A stretch of 64,000 bases of DNA from Tubiluchus corallicola (lineage: Eukaryota > Animalia > Priapulida), in contig JAQGDQ010000048.1 of the NCBI GenBank assembly GCA_030141605.1, positions 496,001-560,000 on the forward strand, read 5' to 3'. Under the pieces are notes generated by a model, which saw only the letters and a program-made list of their open reading frames with translations, searched no databases and was not told the DNA's origin. Numbering within the stretch: the stretch's first letter is position 1; every line of letters starts with the position of its first letter. This document shows, piece by piece, positions 40,401-53,947 of the stretch. Both the position numbers and the translations under genes were made by a program.

Positions 40401-42736
40401 TGGATTGGAAGGTTGGACAATCAAAACGGACAACAAACAAGCAAGCAAACAAACTAACAAACAATTAACTGGAAGTGATTTTTCTTTCTAATTGACAATT
40501 AATTTGTTGCGCCATGCATTTCATTTCACCTCGCATCCACGATTATTTGGAAGTTTGTGGTACTTATTATCAGTGTAGACATTATCCAGTTATCAGCACA
40601 TGAATAAACGTGATGTTGCTTAACTACTAACACGTATTTAAAATGCTGGCGACCTTGAGTAGTTCTGCAAAATCTAATATGAAACAGTAAAAGCACAAAC
40701 GTGCTATAAAACGGTATCTAATGTAATCAAAATCGAATATGAATGTCCTCTTTCATTACAATAATTATGATCCATTCAGATTTATTCAGCGTTTTCGCAT
40801 TCATTTTATTGCTGAAATTTGATTCACATTGTTACAGAATTTTCACCATTGCTTGAATCTGATTCAATTTGTAAAAAGATTTCAGGACAAAATCTTTTAG
40901 AGTGGCTGTCTAGTTTTATTGGCTATAGGACCTTACCCACAAGTTGACAAATTGAATACTATTAGCATAATCCTAACGTTGCAACAAGGTAATGTCAAGC
41001 CAACAGTCACGGACGAGCAGCTTTCAGACTTTTCCGTTCAAAACTTCACGGGACTGACAAGTTTCGGTTATTGTGCCTAGTGACATGCAAAACTGATAGT
41101 AGTGACTGATATGAAAAGATAGGTAATTTATAGTTGCTGTGCGTACTGACAGTTTTTCCTGTTGAATGTTTAATGATAATGCTGAATGCGAATCTCGGTT
41201 GTTTTTACAACCGATTGTTTGTTTTCACGGTCTGCGGCTTACAATTTCTTAGTGTCAATCACAATTTGCATTTACAGGTTTGGAAAACATTATAACCTTT
41301 TACGACAGAAATAGAAAGGCACCAATGCATTATTTACAAGAAGTTACAACATTCCCCAAAAGAAGACAGCAACCAGTTCGGTTCAGTGGTTACAGCTAAA
41401 AGGAAACAAAAGAAAGTAATATTCTTGTCTAATTGACCAAAACAAGAACTTGGTGCTCTCCAAAGCCCAATAAGGCGGAAGTTCTAATTCGGAGAAACAC
41501 GGCACCATGAGTTACTACTGTATAAATTTAATTCAGGCCAAAATAGGGAGAATGCTATGCAGTTCCAATTTCCAACCCCACAAACTTAACACTACAAATT
41601 AACTAGCTCAATAATTATATTACTGTCTTTGAAAATACGCACAGTGTTTAAGTAATGTTATTCTTCTATGAACAGCAAAGAATTTTAAATTTAATTTAAA
41701 ATCTAAACAGTAGTGTTAGAGATAGACGCCAAAATAGATTACACTAGTAAACTTCTTATTGCCTGCTAGTTATTGCAAGAGCCTTTAACATGACCTCAGC
41801 AACACCTATCCAAGCACACACGTTAACGGGCAAATTATATCCAAGCCAAACATTGCTTAACCTTTCAACTCGTAATATTATATCTAAGTAAAGTACTTGT
41901 TTACAGCAAAGTTGTTTTACAAGCGGACTGGGTATAGTTTTTCACCTGACTGACCACAGTCCACGAAAGGTCAATGACTGGATAAGATTTGCTCAAGCAG
42001 CGGCTTCGTCCGGTGGACAGTAGTCCTACTACAAAGCAGACTTTGCATTCTGCGAGTAGATAAGTAAGCTTATAGGCTCGCTTCCTGTTGTTCACTAATG
42101 CAGCATCGCGAAATCAGTTGTATACGTGACTAACACAAATGAGGACTTGAAACTGAGGCAAACTGCAATCGTGTGTACTAACAACTGATTTAGTTGTTGG
42201 CTAATTCTGCTTCCAGTATTTTAATTACTAGAAGAACGGACGAGGAATCGAAGACGCGCGCGAGGTAAAGAAAAGATGAGAAAATTTCAATCCAGACGCT
42301 AACAAAACATTTTTTCAGATGTTTTGGATATAGTTACGAATCTATCATTTCTCCAAAAAAATGTCGAATTTTGGAAGAACAAGAATGAGAAGTAGCGAAA
42401 TCGATTATGATTTTAAAAACTTCTGCTTATGTTTAGAACTGTAAGTATAAAACACAGGGCAATTGAAAAGATGTGTAACAAAAACTAGTGTTTGCGCTTC
42501 CCTTACGCCTTCACGTGTGCTTATGTTGCTTTATTAGTTTTCTTTGTTCTCTGCTGACTAGTACTTCTATTAAAGCAGTACTAATGCAGGTGTTTGTAGA
42601 TTCCGGTTTGCAATACGCAACAACACTTGTTTTTTTGTCCAAATATTTGTGTTTTTTACATTTATTCCCTTTGATTTAACTTAGTAGCAAAACCTATTTT
42701 TGGCAGTAAGGTTTAACAGCCTCTCATCATGTGAAG

Positions 42737-42738
<2 letters not shown>

Positions 42739-42803
<65 letters not shown>
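42739..42803. repeat. (AT)n microsatellite, about 32 units
   Basis: Seen directly. Confidence 0.98.
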
Positions 42804-42806
<3 letters not shown>

Positions 42807-44229
42807 AAATTAGTTACTGTTCCCTTTTTTATTAAAACCTTATCTTTCTTTTCATTTCTCCCTTCCTCACTCTACTGCCTGGTTTTTCTTGATTAATTTT
42901 CAATGATTATTTGATCGGCGGCTACTCATTAGCGTCTATAGAAATCTTTGTAGGTCTCGTGAATTGCTTGGATGTTTAATGTTTACTGCAGGTATATTTA
43001 TTGACCCATGCTTTCCGTAAATCAAATTCTTGGATGGTCGTCATTTTTCACAAAGCGCCTCTAATGTGCGTCTTGATAAATTGTCGGCAACTCTAGCTTG
43101 ATGGGCATTCACGGCAACTTCGTCAAATCCCCTAATCACTTTAACGATGTCCTGAAAACGCCTTCATGGCAACAGAGCTATAACAAACATTATAGTTAAG
43201 GTGAGTTTAAGCGTGTAATAGGTCACGCGGTTGAGAAGACCGGTTACATCCCGCAGAAAGTAAAAAGGCCTGAATTAAAATTTTACTTTTAATTTAATTT
43301 AGGGGTTTTCACATATCGCGGGCTGATAAATGAAGATGTCCTGCCGCAGTTGTGCGTTCTCATACCAGCGATGTCTGCAGTATAGGCCCTATATATGCAT
43401 ATTTGAGGTGAATTTATACATCAAACGTAAATCGTGTTCACACGTAATTTACGACAATGGCATCTAGTGACTGCAAATAACTACACACAGTGACCATATT
43501 TGCCACTGAATAGATTGTTTTACGTAATTGAAAAAATAGTTATTTTTAAAACAATTTTGTTCAAATAGCCCATTGTTTAATCTTTTACTGAATAAATTAA
43601 TACCAAAAATATCTTCTGATACTCTAAGTAGAGTAAATGCAAACAAATTGTCATGGAAATTTACTTGGAAAATTTTGTTAGTCAGGCGGTTAATGACAAA
43701 TACAGAATTAATAGAATTAACAAATCTTTATTGGCACTAATATGAGTGCGTTAACATACATAAACGTATAATAATTAGTATATAATTATAAAATGAGTAT
43801 GCAATTTGGACTGCTAATTACAGGCATTCATTAAGTATCCAATAAAGATTTTTAAAAATGGTACTTGTACGCACAATGCTGTCCTGCTTTCTTATAGTAT
43901 TTTTTAAATTTAAACAGCCGCCTAGACTAATCTGTACCACATATTATTTACGGAGTTAAAAATTTTCTATTGCAATACATTTCGTTAAATCATATACTTT
44001 CATAATAAATTCGCCGTTAAATTAATTCTAGGAAAACTTCCTTTACTTCAAACTAATGAATGAATAGCGCGTCAAGTAAATTCATGTTTTTATTCATTTT
44101 GTAAAGTTAGTTTTTTAACTGTTGTCCGCCAGGCTGCATCGATAATTAAGTGCTCAGGAATTTGCTCATTTTCTCCACAAGTACATAATTGGGCTGTCTG
44201 CTACACTAACTTAGTACATGTGCTTTTTA

Positions 44230-44680
44230 AATTTTCCCTGTCCAGTGAGGAACAAAATTGAGGTTGATTCTATATTCCTCTCCTTTTTGCTTAGCGGAAG
44301 AGCTAATTGGGTAAGTTTGGGAACACTTTTGCATTTACCCTTTGTAGCGGCAGCTCACTGCCTCATCTCCTTCTACATGTAAATTGCTGATGAATCTAGT
44401 TTTCCAAATTTCAACAACGTGTTTGTTCATTTTTGTTTCCGTCCGTGTATCCATGTAATCTGGAATATCATTTACCGTTTCGTACCGCATATTCCATTTA
44501 CTTCTCATGTATCTTTTTATATTGTCCAGATGACAGTTGATGAATCTTTATACCCTTGCCTGTGAGTAGATTGCCAGTTTTGTCTTGAGAACATCCGGTA
44601 GCCTGTCTTCATCGTATTCTGTATGATGTCCATAAAAGATTTGTGTTTTCCATTCATTTAAGCTCTCGAAGCATATAGTA
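44230..44680 (-). mobile_element. Possible decayed LINE ORF2 C-terminal fragment
   Basis: The - strand translates to ...IFYGHHTEYDEDRLPDVL..., reminiscent of the W/YxGHxxR...RLP motif after the RT domain of RTE-like LINEs. Interrupted by stops. Confidence 0.3.
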
Positions 44681-47600
44681 TGAATGGTAACGCTGTGGTC
44701 TTAAATAAGTTAATTATTGCTGGCAATCTTAACCCACTGTATATTTTTCGACATTTTTTATCAGAGACCGGCTTAGGCATGTTGTCTTCGTTGTTTCATT
44801 TACGTGTTTATCAAAAGTTAGTTTATTGTCGACTGTTATCCCTAATATTTTACTTGACTTGATAAATAATCTCATCTGATTCAATGGAAAATTTGCTACA
44901 GTCAGTAATGCTTCGTATCGAGAAATTAAAATCCGCTTTATTCACATTGACTTCAATACAGTTCAAGCCTTTAACTAGATCAATTTCTAGAGAATGATAT
45001 GTTTAGTTTGATTTAGTTTATGGTACGACTTTTTCTTGTACACAATAAAGAAATTTATATCGTAAAATTTCTATATCTGAATATTCTTTTTTCTTCACGT
45101 ATCGGAATCTAAAACTTTACAACACCTCGGTCTTGTCTGCAGGGTGTTTATTTTGAGGCGCCACTGAAGTATTACTTATTCTAATCAGCAGATTAGGACT
45201 AACGTAAAGAAGGAGTTAAAGGCCTTAAGCTCGCATGGTTGTGCGAGAACATGCGTATATTATTATAATTTTTATTTCACCAATTCTAAATCCTCTGGGT
45301 CATCCAGTCTAAACTGTATGATTTTGTAATCTAATGGTGGAGGGGTAATTTCAAATGAAACAAAAACATGGCACGCTGCAACTTTGACTTTTTGAGTGTG
45401 ATTATTATAAGGCACTATGGTCAACATAAACTAATTATTATGCTATAAGTTGTACAATTGCACGTATAATTGTACGTATGTATATCAAAATGGTAACACA
45501 CAAATTTATAATAGTTCAGTTTGATAACCAGTTAGTATATCACTAACGAATGTAATGTAACGTAATTGTAACGAAATTGTAATTTGTACAACATTTCACT
45601 GACAAAGAATACAAATTATTGCAACAAGTAAAAGCTAAAACTCGAGAACAACATAACCAACAAATAAACTCTTTGTTTATTTTCACTGTTATAAGTCATT
45701 ATTGCGGATGAAACCAAAAAATGCTATTATAGCAAATAGAGAACGTTTAAAGATATCCGTAAGAGCAGATAGATATTGAGCTGAGAGCTACCCTTGTGAA
45801 TACAATTGCCAGAACAAGAATAAACTGCAGTAGATCTCATGCATTTACAAAGTCCTCGACAAACTTTTTGGCACTTTCAATGAATGTTCATAGCATGCTT
45901 TATTAGTTTCTTGTTAATTACGCCAATTGTCATGTGCTATCCTATCCCAAGTCAGAGGATGACGGAATGCCTTGTATACTTGCTCTGTGCAACTCACCGG
46001 TACTTTGATCACAAAAAAGAATTTTATTTAAACGGAAATGGCCAACCTTCGAAGAATCTACAAAGTGTGTAGTTCTCTTTGAGCTAGGCTCTCCTACGGC
46101 TTCCCAGTAGAATCCACTTCTATGAATTTTCGTGAAGTGCTTGAGCCCTAGTCAACCGTTCAGTTACATTTCATAAAACTTATCATACACAACTTGATGG
46201 TTTCTTTGATGCCACATTCATCATCAGTTGTATTTGAATTTATGTTTAAAGGTTTACGGTTAATTTTTTTTAAATTCCAGCAAATTGCTAGCGGTAATTT
46301 CATAAGCAGCATTTGGTAGTAGTTGAGTTTTTGAAGAACATCTTAAAGTTTAATTTAAATTGTCTTCTAAACATAGGAAACACAACTGCCAGTTACCTAT
46401 ATAATTTTATATGATTTTGACATTGTCAAATCTCCTATTGTAGTTATCTCCTATTGTATTCTACTAATCAAACAAGAAACATGTCACCTACTTACCAAAA
46501 ATTTTAGTGTCCATCAAAGGGCCATATATAGGCCATATATATTAAGCCAAGCCAACGGCAATAGGGTAGTTAAACTAGCTTGTAAGACAATAATTAGGTT
46601 TTAGTAGTAGGTTGATCAAGTTAGCAAGTTGCAGAAACAATCAGCATTGCATGTCTTATTGTATAGGCATTATTAAATAAGAGTCTTTCTTTCAGGAATC
46701 TCGTAATCACTCAGAATAGTTTTACATATTGTAACATAGGGAAAACACATGGCCGCCTGTATGTCATACGTTAGTAAAAAAAATAAAATATGAATATAAC
46801 TCAAATGTCTCACTTAAATGTGATATTTCAATATGATTAGTAACTTAAAAGCAAAAGATTGCGAAGTAATGAGCAATTCTTTGAAAATAACTTTTTTTAT
46901 GTTCCCGCGCATTGTTTGTCATTATGGGATAATCTTTCAGGAATAATCAAAGCTAATCCTAGAATACCTGTTAAATGAAAGACAACTGGAGTGCTATTGT
47001 AATGCAAATTATTTATTATTTATTTCGTCATAGGTATTCGAGAAATATGTGTGGGATAACTCCTGAAAATAACCACAGCTGAACTCAGCTGTTAGACGAA
47101 AGACAATGTGAAATAGTAAACCGCTCTAATTGCTATTTTAATGTATCGATCTATTATTTATTTTTTAGCTCGGCATTAGGTATCACAGAAACATTTTTGG
47201 GGCAATACATGAAAATAACCAAATAAGAGGAATTCATGGAACGGCCCTTTAACTGAAAGACCATGTCAACTGTACCAATTTTGCTGATTATATCAAAAAG
47301 TGCACCATTTTTGCCCTGAGCCATCCCACTATGTATACATGTGGATTATTTAAAATGAAACAGTTAGCGTCGATTTGCACAAGCTCAGTAAAAACATTAC
47401 AGGCAATACAATAATATTGCAGTTTTAGGTGTTTATATTATATATATTATAATATATACTTTATATTACATCGACTAATTTACTCTTCATCTCTTTAAGT
47501 TGGTTAAATCATAATCAAGTATATCAAGAATTTATAAAATTAATGATAATTTAATGGAGCCACTTTGCGCAAATGTAATGTGATGTTGCGTGACCAACAT

Positions 47601-48442
47601 TTTCTTAAGTTTAGTTGCACTTTTATTGCCATTCATTTGCAAAAAATTATCAATTTAAATTAGAATGAGATTATTTTTTCTGTATAATTTAGCACTCTGC
47701 AAATTGCAACTGGAATTCAGCATTCGGTGGAGGGCCTATGTAATGCAAATATTTGTACGGAACCAAACTCAGTTAATTATCAGGGCTAATCCTTTAAGAC
47801 GAGACAATGAATGGCAGAGAAATACCAAGGCACGTCTGGATGTGAATGCGCTTGCCCACAACGAAAAAAATAGCCAGAACCAGTATGGAGAATGAAAGCA
47901 ACCACAATGAATATTAATAGTGTTAAACCCGATGGTCACTCACCCATTTACTTACCAGGCTCGTCGTTGTTTACCTCTGGTTGCTGAGTACACACCGTAA
48001 CTATTCGCCTATTTTCTCAAGAAGCTGTTTGAATGAGGGGTAACAGAACACAAATATTTCTTTCGTTTTCTAAATCATTTCCACGAAGTCAGACTTCTTG
48101 TCAAATAATATATTTTGGTTATTTATAAATAGGCCCAATATAATTATATCAAAACTTAACGGATTCTTTATATTGAACTTGTAAACATTCACCATTGCTT
48201 CTAACTTATTCTGTATAGTATCATGACTATATACTTTGCGCACTCCTCTAGAGTCCTGGATTTACGGAAGTAGATATAATGGAACATCATTATAATGGCT
48301 CAGTGTGCTCCATGTATTACCGTAAATTATAGGCCTATGTGCTTTATGCTATAACGACTTTGGATTACGCTAATAGCTAATTTTAACTCCTATGATGTTC
48401 TAACTTCTCTATTCATATAAAAGCATAGAGAAAGTGAAAGAG

Positions 48443-48444
48443 GA

Positions 48445-48532
<88 letters not shown>
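48443..48532. repeat. (GA)n microsatellite with purine-rich flanks
   Basis: Seen directly. Confidence 0.97.
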
Positions 48533-48535
<3 letters not shown>

Positions 48536-49529
48536 GAAAGAGGGAGAGAAAGACATGACAGTGAAATGTGGTAAGAAAGCGAAAAGATGTGCAAAGGAGA
48601 AGTGGGAATCTAAAACAGTGAAGAGCAAATTGAAGACACAAACAGAAGCTAAAAGCGAAGAAATGAAGAAAGGAAAAAGGAAATATCGATATTACTATGA
48701 CATTTGCGTAAGCGAGCCATTGTTGAAGATCTGGGTTTGAATCTCAGTGGATCACCCTTTTAGCCTTTCTCGTGCTGTCATCCATGCTCGTGCTGTCATC
48801 TGCATAATCTCGTGATGCGGAACCACAGTTTAGAATAATGATACGGTGAAGTGTTACCAATTCTGATTAGTATTTGGACGGATAGAGATACTCAGCCGGT
48901 TTAGCATCCCTCTGCTATAGCCAATGCTACCAATTCAAAATCATTGATGAAAATACTGTGCAACAGTTGTGTGTGTGTGTGTGTGGGGGGGGGACATTGT
49001 TCTATTTTCGTAATTTCGTAATCAAAGTCATGTTTTTTCTTTGCAACACGATCATTGGAGATGGTAACGTCAATAGCAATTCAGCAGCATGTCATAGATA
49101 ATTTTGCAGATCCAAAATCCTTGTGTGCGGTGGTGCATTTTGGCGATTCGTATATCATAAAAACACATTGAGTATTGATTTGATGTACATTTTCGGGATA
49201 ACTTTTTTAGCGCGATGTGGCAGGCATGTTACAGTACAAGATACGAATTTTAATTTTGGCTTTCAGACAACACGATATAGGTCTTTTCTATGCAGTAGTC
49301 AAAACGGCTACCGTGCATGTAATACATCTTTTCAGATTTGTCGCAAAAACTTCACTGCTTCCTCCCTTTATAAACATGAATATATAGCATGATACAAGCG
49401 TGATAGCACATATGGTGCGTGATAGAAAGTTTTCGGCTTTTGGGTTTTCGTATAACCAGTATAAACACTTCCGATCCGTCAAAGGCCTAGCTGTCGCTGT
49501 TACCATACCGATTTTGCAGTTTCTGTTTC

Positions 49530-49720
49530 ACAATACCGGAAGTATTGTAAATCTGGTTTCATGATATCGCTTCTGATTCCGTCACTTCCGGTAACGTGAC
49601 GTCACTTCAAGTTCACCCTCTTTTTGGTTACATGACCAACCGACAAGCCAACGTCTACACTACTACTGACATTTTCCACTTTCGTGTGACCAAATAGCAG
49701 TTTGATAATGGATCAGGTAA
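49530..49720. promoter_or_regulatory. Intronic promoter-like ETS/CRE motif cluster
   Basis: CCGGAAGT at 49536-49543, CGTCACTTCCGG at 49580-49591, palindromic CRE TGACGTCA at 49597-49604. Downstream is ATAATGGATCAG|GTAACT. Confidence 0.45.
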
Positions 49721-50179
49721 CTGTGGGAATTTTCCTCTGAAGCCTTACGCAAAGCTATATTACTGTACTTATTCATATGTTTGTCTTTTTCCCTAATTAC
49801 TTTCTTTCTTGTTTAAACTGTATCCTGATTAGAAAATGGCTATATAAGTTCTCTTTCATTTGATGAAAAGGAAATTATTTGGGTTGGCTAATATTGAGTG
49901 CGCAGACAAAATGTTAGAAAATTTTATATTAAATTTGCCGATGACGAAACGAGATTCTTTTTAATTATGCCTTTGGTACGAAATTTGTAATCTTAGTTGC
50001 AAATTTGGTACTATTAGTGTTGGAGTAAACCCATTTTAACTTTTCACTGTTTCAAAATTGTCGTTCCGTCATTAAGCTGAATGAAATACAAACAATGCAA
50101 AAGGCTTAGTTATCCTCCTTGTAAACATCATCGTTTATTAAAGCAGTGACTGACAGCTAAGAAATATACTGCAATTATG

Positions 50180-50235
50180 TGTGGCCTGATACCACAAGGT
50201 AATGGGTTCGAATCCTGATTGACTCACGATTTTTC
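50180..50235 (+). mobile_element. tRNA-derived relic (SINE head or tRNA pseudogene fragment)
   Basis: Perfect B box GGTTCGAATCC at 50205-50215 and a downstream T-run, but no complete cloverleaf. Confidence 0.35.
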
Positions 50236-50765
50236 AAAGTCTTTCACTTGCTAAATTCAGCTGTTTATTGAAATAAATTGTTTTCTAAATGACCTTGAAT
50301 TCTGCGATTCTTGCCTTTACGATATTACTTTCGGGTATGTCGAACCAATCAAAGCCCGCCGTCAACATTAATTATTTTCCAAACTAATTAAGTTAGCGTT
50401 TTTAATTGCACCGTTTTAGTAACTGCCCATTATGCACCGTTTGTCATGGTTATCTCATTTGCAATTATTGCTCGATAGATTTCTTAATTTACGATATTTA
50501 TTAACAATGGAAACGTATTTTCAGCGATGCAGCGCATCATACAATTTACGTTGTCCGTAAATTAAATCGAAAATTACTGTCATTTTTATTTTTACAGGCA
50601 AATTATAAATAGACGAACAATGATTTTATGCACCAAATATAATTATTACAAGTCCAAAATACTGTATTCTTTCACCAAGAGATGCAAAACTGATTAATTC
50701 TTATCTTATGCGTGCATATAAGCATCATATCATAAGCATGTAACTGGTAATTCGCGTAACTCGAC

Positions 50766-51047
50766 CTTCCAAGATATACGAATTAACTGGCCTTTTGTTT
50801 ATGACTCTCAAGACATCCGAGTTAAGTGGTCTTTTCTTTAGTCCTCCCAAGATATGCGGCCTTTTCTTTAATAATTCGTCATAGTAATTCTTTAGTTTTT
50901 CATTAGTAATATCGTGACTTGACGATATACGAGTTAAATGCCCTATCTTTTAATCTTCCCAAGATATACGAATTATGTGAACTTTTCTTTAGTCCTCCCA
51001 AGATATACGTGTTAAGCGGCTTTTTCTTTAGTCCTCCCCAGATATAC
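50766..51047. repeat. Diverged minisatellite, about 39-bp unit, about 6-7 copies with one interruption
   Basis: Consensus approximately CAAGATATACGAGTTAAGTGGCCTTTTCTTTAGTCCTCC, recurring near 50770, 50810, 50848, 50922, 50960, 50999 and 51038. Confidence 0.9.
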
Positions 51048-53559
51048 TGGTCACTATTAGCCTAGTAAACAAGTAGTAGTATCCTCAGTGACTGAAGCAG
51101 TTTTTACACGTCACTGAGGATGCTTGCAATTCTGTGGAATAGCAAAATTATCTGTGGACATTTTGAAATTTTGGCGTGCATTGGAAGCCATAAGTTTTTA
51201 GACATTAGTTAATAGCCGTGGCCGAATTTCTGATTAGTGCATTCATACATACGAAGTGACGATCTGACCATAACGGTAAGGCAGCACGGTGTATTGTTTA
51301 TGTATGTGCAAAAACCTTGGTACGACTTCGACAGAACATAAGCCTACGCCACATTTGTGGGGAAGGCTAACCTCTATAACGAGAAGTCTACCAAAGTGCC
51401 ATCCATTAGCAGAAGACGAACTACCTGGCAAACCGGAAAAATCACCATACACCGTTGAGTTTTGCTGAAGGTGTGGAGTTGCATCTATTTCACAAGAAGG
51501 ATCGCTTGTGTAATGGGATAATTGCTTCCATACAAACGCATGAAATAGACATTCATAAGCGAGCAGTCGGACTCCAGCTTTCATTAAATTGCAGCTTTCA
51601 GTATTTAGGACAAATTTATGAGAAGGAGCCGCAGGCACGTTAACAGTATGGGCGGACTTATAGAATATGGTAGATAAGTTAGGTGGCTCAGGTTATGTCC
51701 GGTTGGTCGTGCTTTAGTCTGACTCTTTTTGCAAGCTTAGATCCTCCCTTGGTATTAAATGGAATGGCATGATCAAATGTTAGCTAAACTCAAAGCCTGA
51801 GAGCTATATAAGCAATTATAACTGCGGCAGGGTTTGCAAAATGTTTGTTAAACGCTCATGTTGATCACGGTTGCACGATTTCAAATAAATAAAAAGCTCT
51901 CGTTTTATTCAATGGCTTTATGATGGTTTTCTAAATTAGCAGTCACAAGTTTACGACCTTTTTAGTAATTAATCTGCCGCTCTGTTGTTCTACAGACGTA
52001 TACTCTGTATACTTTGCTCACTTTTTCGGTAATGTTCAGTCAAGTTGGTTATACTGCTTAAACGAATCAATACTGTTAGCGCCAATTAGAGAAGCTTCTG
52101 GGTTGGCTCACGAGACCATGAGCTGGTGACCCGATTGGTGATATATTTTGATCACCAGTGACCCGATAACAGGGCATGCTGCGACCAAAAATAACTCAAG
52201 ATCCTTTTTACAAGATGCGATGCAGTTGAGTTGTTAACACTTGCATTTGACGAATTACTTACGGCTGTCAAGGTTACCTTAATAAGCATTCTGACCATCC
52301 GGACCAGAATAGATTCAATACAAAATTGTACAATAAGAGAGGCAGCTAGTAAATGTGGAAAAGCAGAAAAACACGTAATTAACTCAATTATGCAGCATGT
52401 GACACGCTCAAGTATGCAAGACTAGCTCCGTTTTTCATCGTAAACGTAAGGCTTAACTGCTTGAAAGTCAACGTAAACGTATGGCAAGTATACGGTTTAA
52501 CTTTAATCTAAAATAAATCAAGTTTAATTATCCTGTGTTTGTTCTTGAGAATTTTATAACCAATGGGTTAATGATGTCATTAATTATTATACAGAATCGG
52601 TCGAAACACTTTATTCGTGCATGCAGGCTGTGGAATTCTAAGAAATTGCGATCGCATTCTTTTATTTTTTGCACTATTAAATTTGTCCCTGTACGAAAAT
52701 CATTATACAAATACAAAAAGTGCTTTGTAGCCTTTAGTGAATGTAGAAGTGCCCGAACCTTAGTGTGAGGTGTAGAAAACTAAGAAATAGCACTAAAATT
52801 GCAATCTGATTTTCAAATGACCGCTGACATTGAGTAACGCACACAGTTCAAGACTGTTTAACTTGTATGGTCGAAAGCTTTCGCGTATTTTTACTTATTT
52901 AAAAAGTAAATTCTGAACTTTAAGCAGCACGGACGCACGCACATGCTCGCAAAATTACACCTGTGTTGAATAACTAAAGATATAGGTATAAAAAGTGTGA
53001 AACCGGCCGTGATTTTTATTGGATTTGTGTCAGCTTTGGATGTTATAAGGCGGTATAAGCAATCGCAGCAGGTTGTGAAGACAAAAATACGACTCTTGTT
53101 AAGAAACCACTTTGATCTCAGCTAGGAAATATTTTTCTTGAATTACAGCTTAATAACTTCGAGGAGTGCATTATATTTTATTATAGATACAGTTTTTCTT
53201 AGTACAACTGTTACATTGTCACACATTAAATATCACCAGCATGTGATTATACAATCTCTACTCCCAATTAAAATTACCGAGTATATTACTCCATTCTACA
53301 TAAGGACAAACAAATTGAAAATTTTTCAAAATGTAGCATAAACGTAAACAGGAAACTTTTTATATCGCATTGCTAAAACTTTTACTGTGCAGCTCTGTGG
53401 TACAACTTTTTCGATTAAAGGTTTAATCACAGAAAATTTGCATACAATAAAGGCATCTGCAAGTTATTTCAGCTACAATATGACTGTTCTGCAAGGGGAA
53501 TGTGTGTTCAACTTAAAATACCGTATTTCAACACTATAATTCGAAAATGTACATATTCA

Positions 53560-53947
53560 CTTAAAAACAGACTGTCAAAAAGTTGTGATACTTTGGTACA
53601 AAACATATGGAATAGTGAATGCCGGTATCGTTCTAAAATTCACCAGCTCTGGCTTAAAATTTTATATATATATATATCAAACGGGCTATTATGACTTTAT
53701 TATATTTTTATTGCAGACTTTTTATTGTATTTACATACTCTTTATTTTTAGTACTACTTTTTAACTACTGATGTTTTATTATTTATAATACCTATGCGAA
53801 CGAAATGTGTGTGGGGGATGATTATATGTGCTGTATATAGAAGTGTGTTTTACTAATTTTTTGTGTAATGCTGTCTTTATGTTTATACTCCTGTTTTGTA
53901 TATAGAAGAAATTCTGTAATAAAGGTTTAAATTCAATTCAATTCAAT
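53560..53947 (+). mobile_element. Possible decayed Rex1/Babar-like LINE 3' end
   Basis: SECRYRS resembles the SGRRYRS C-terminal motif. It is followed by a T-rich 3' UTR-like tract, AATAAA and an (ATTCA)n tail. Confidence 0.35.

Noticed and set aside
48710-48765. GGGTTTGAATCTC B-box-like sequence
   Set aside because: Too degenerate, with no cloverleaf or A box; at most an old SINE remnant.
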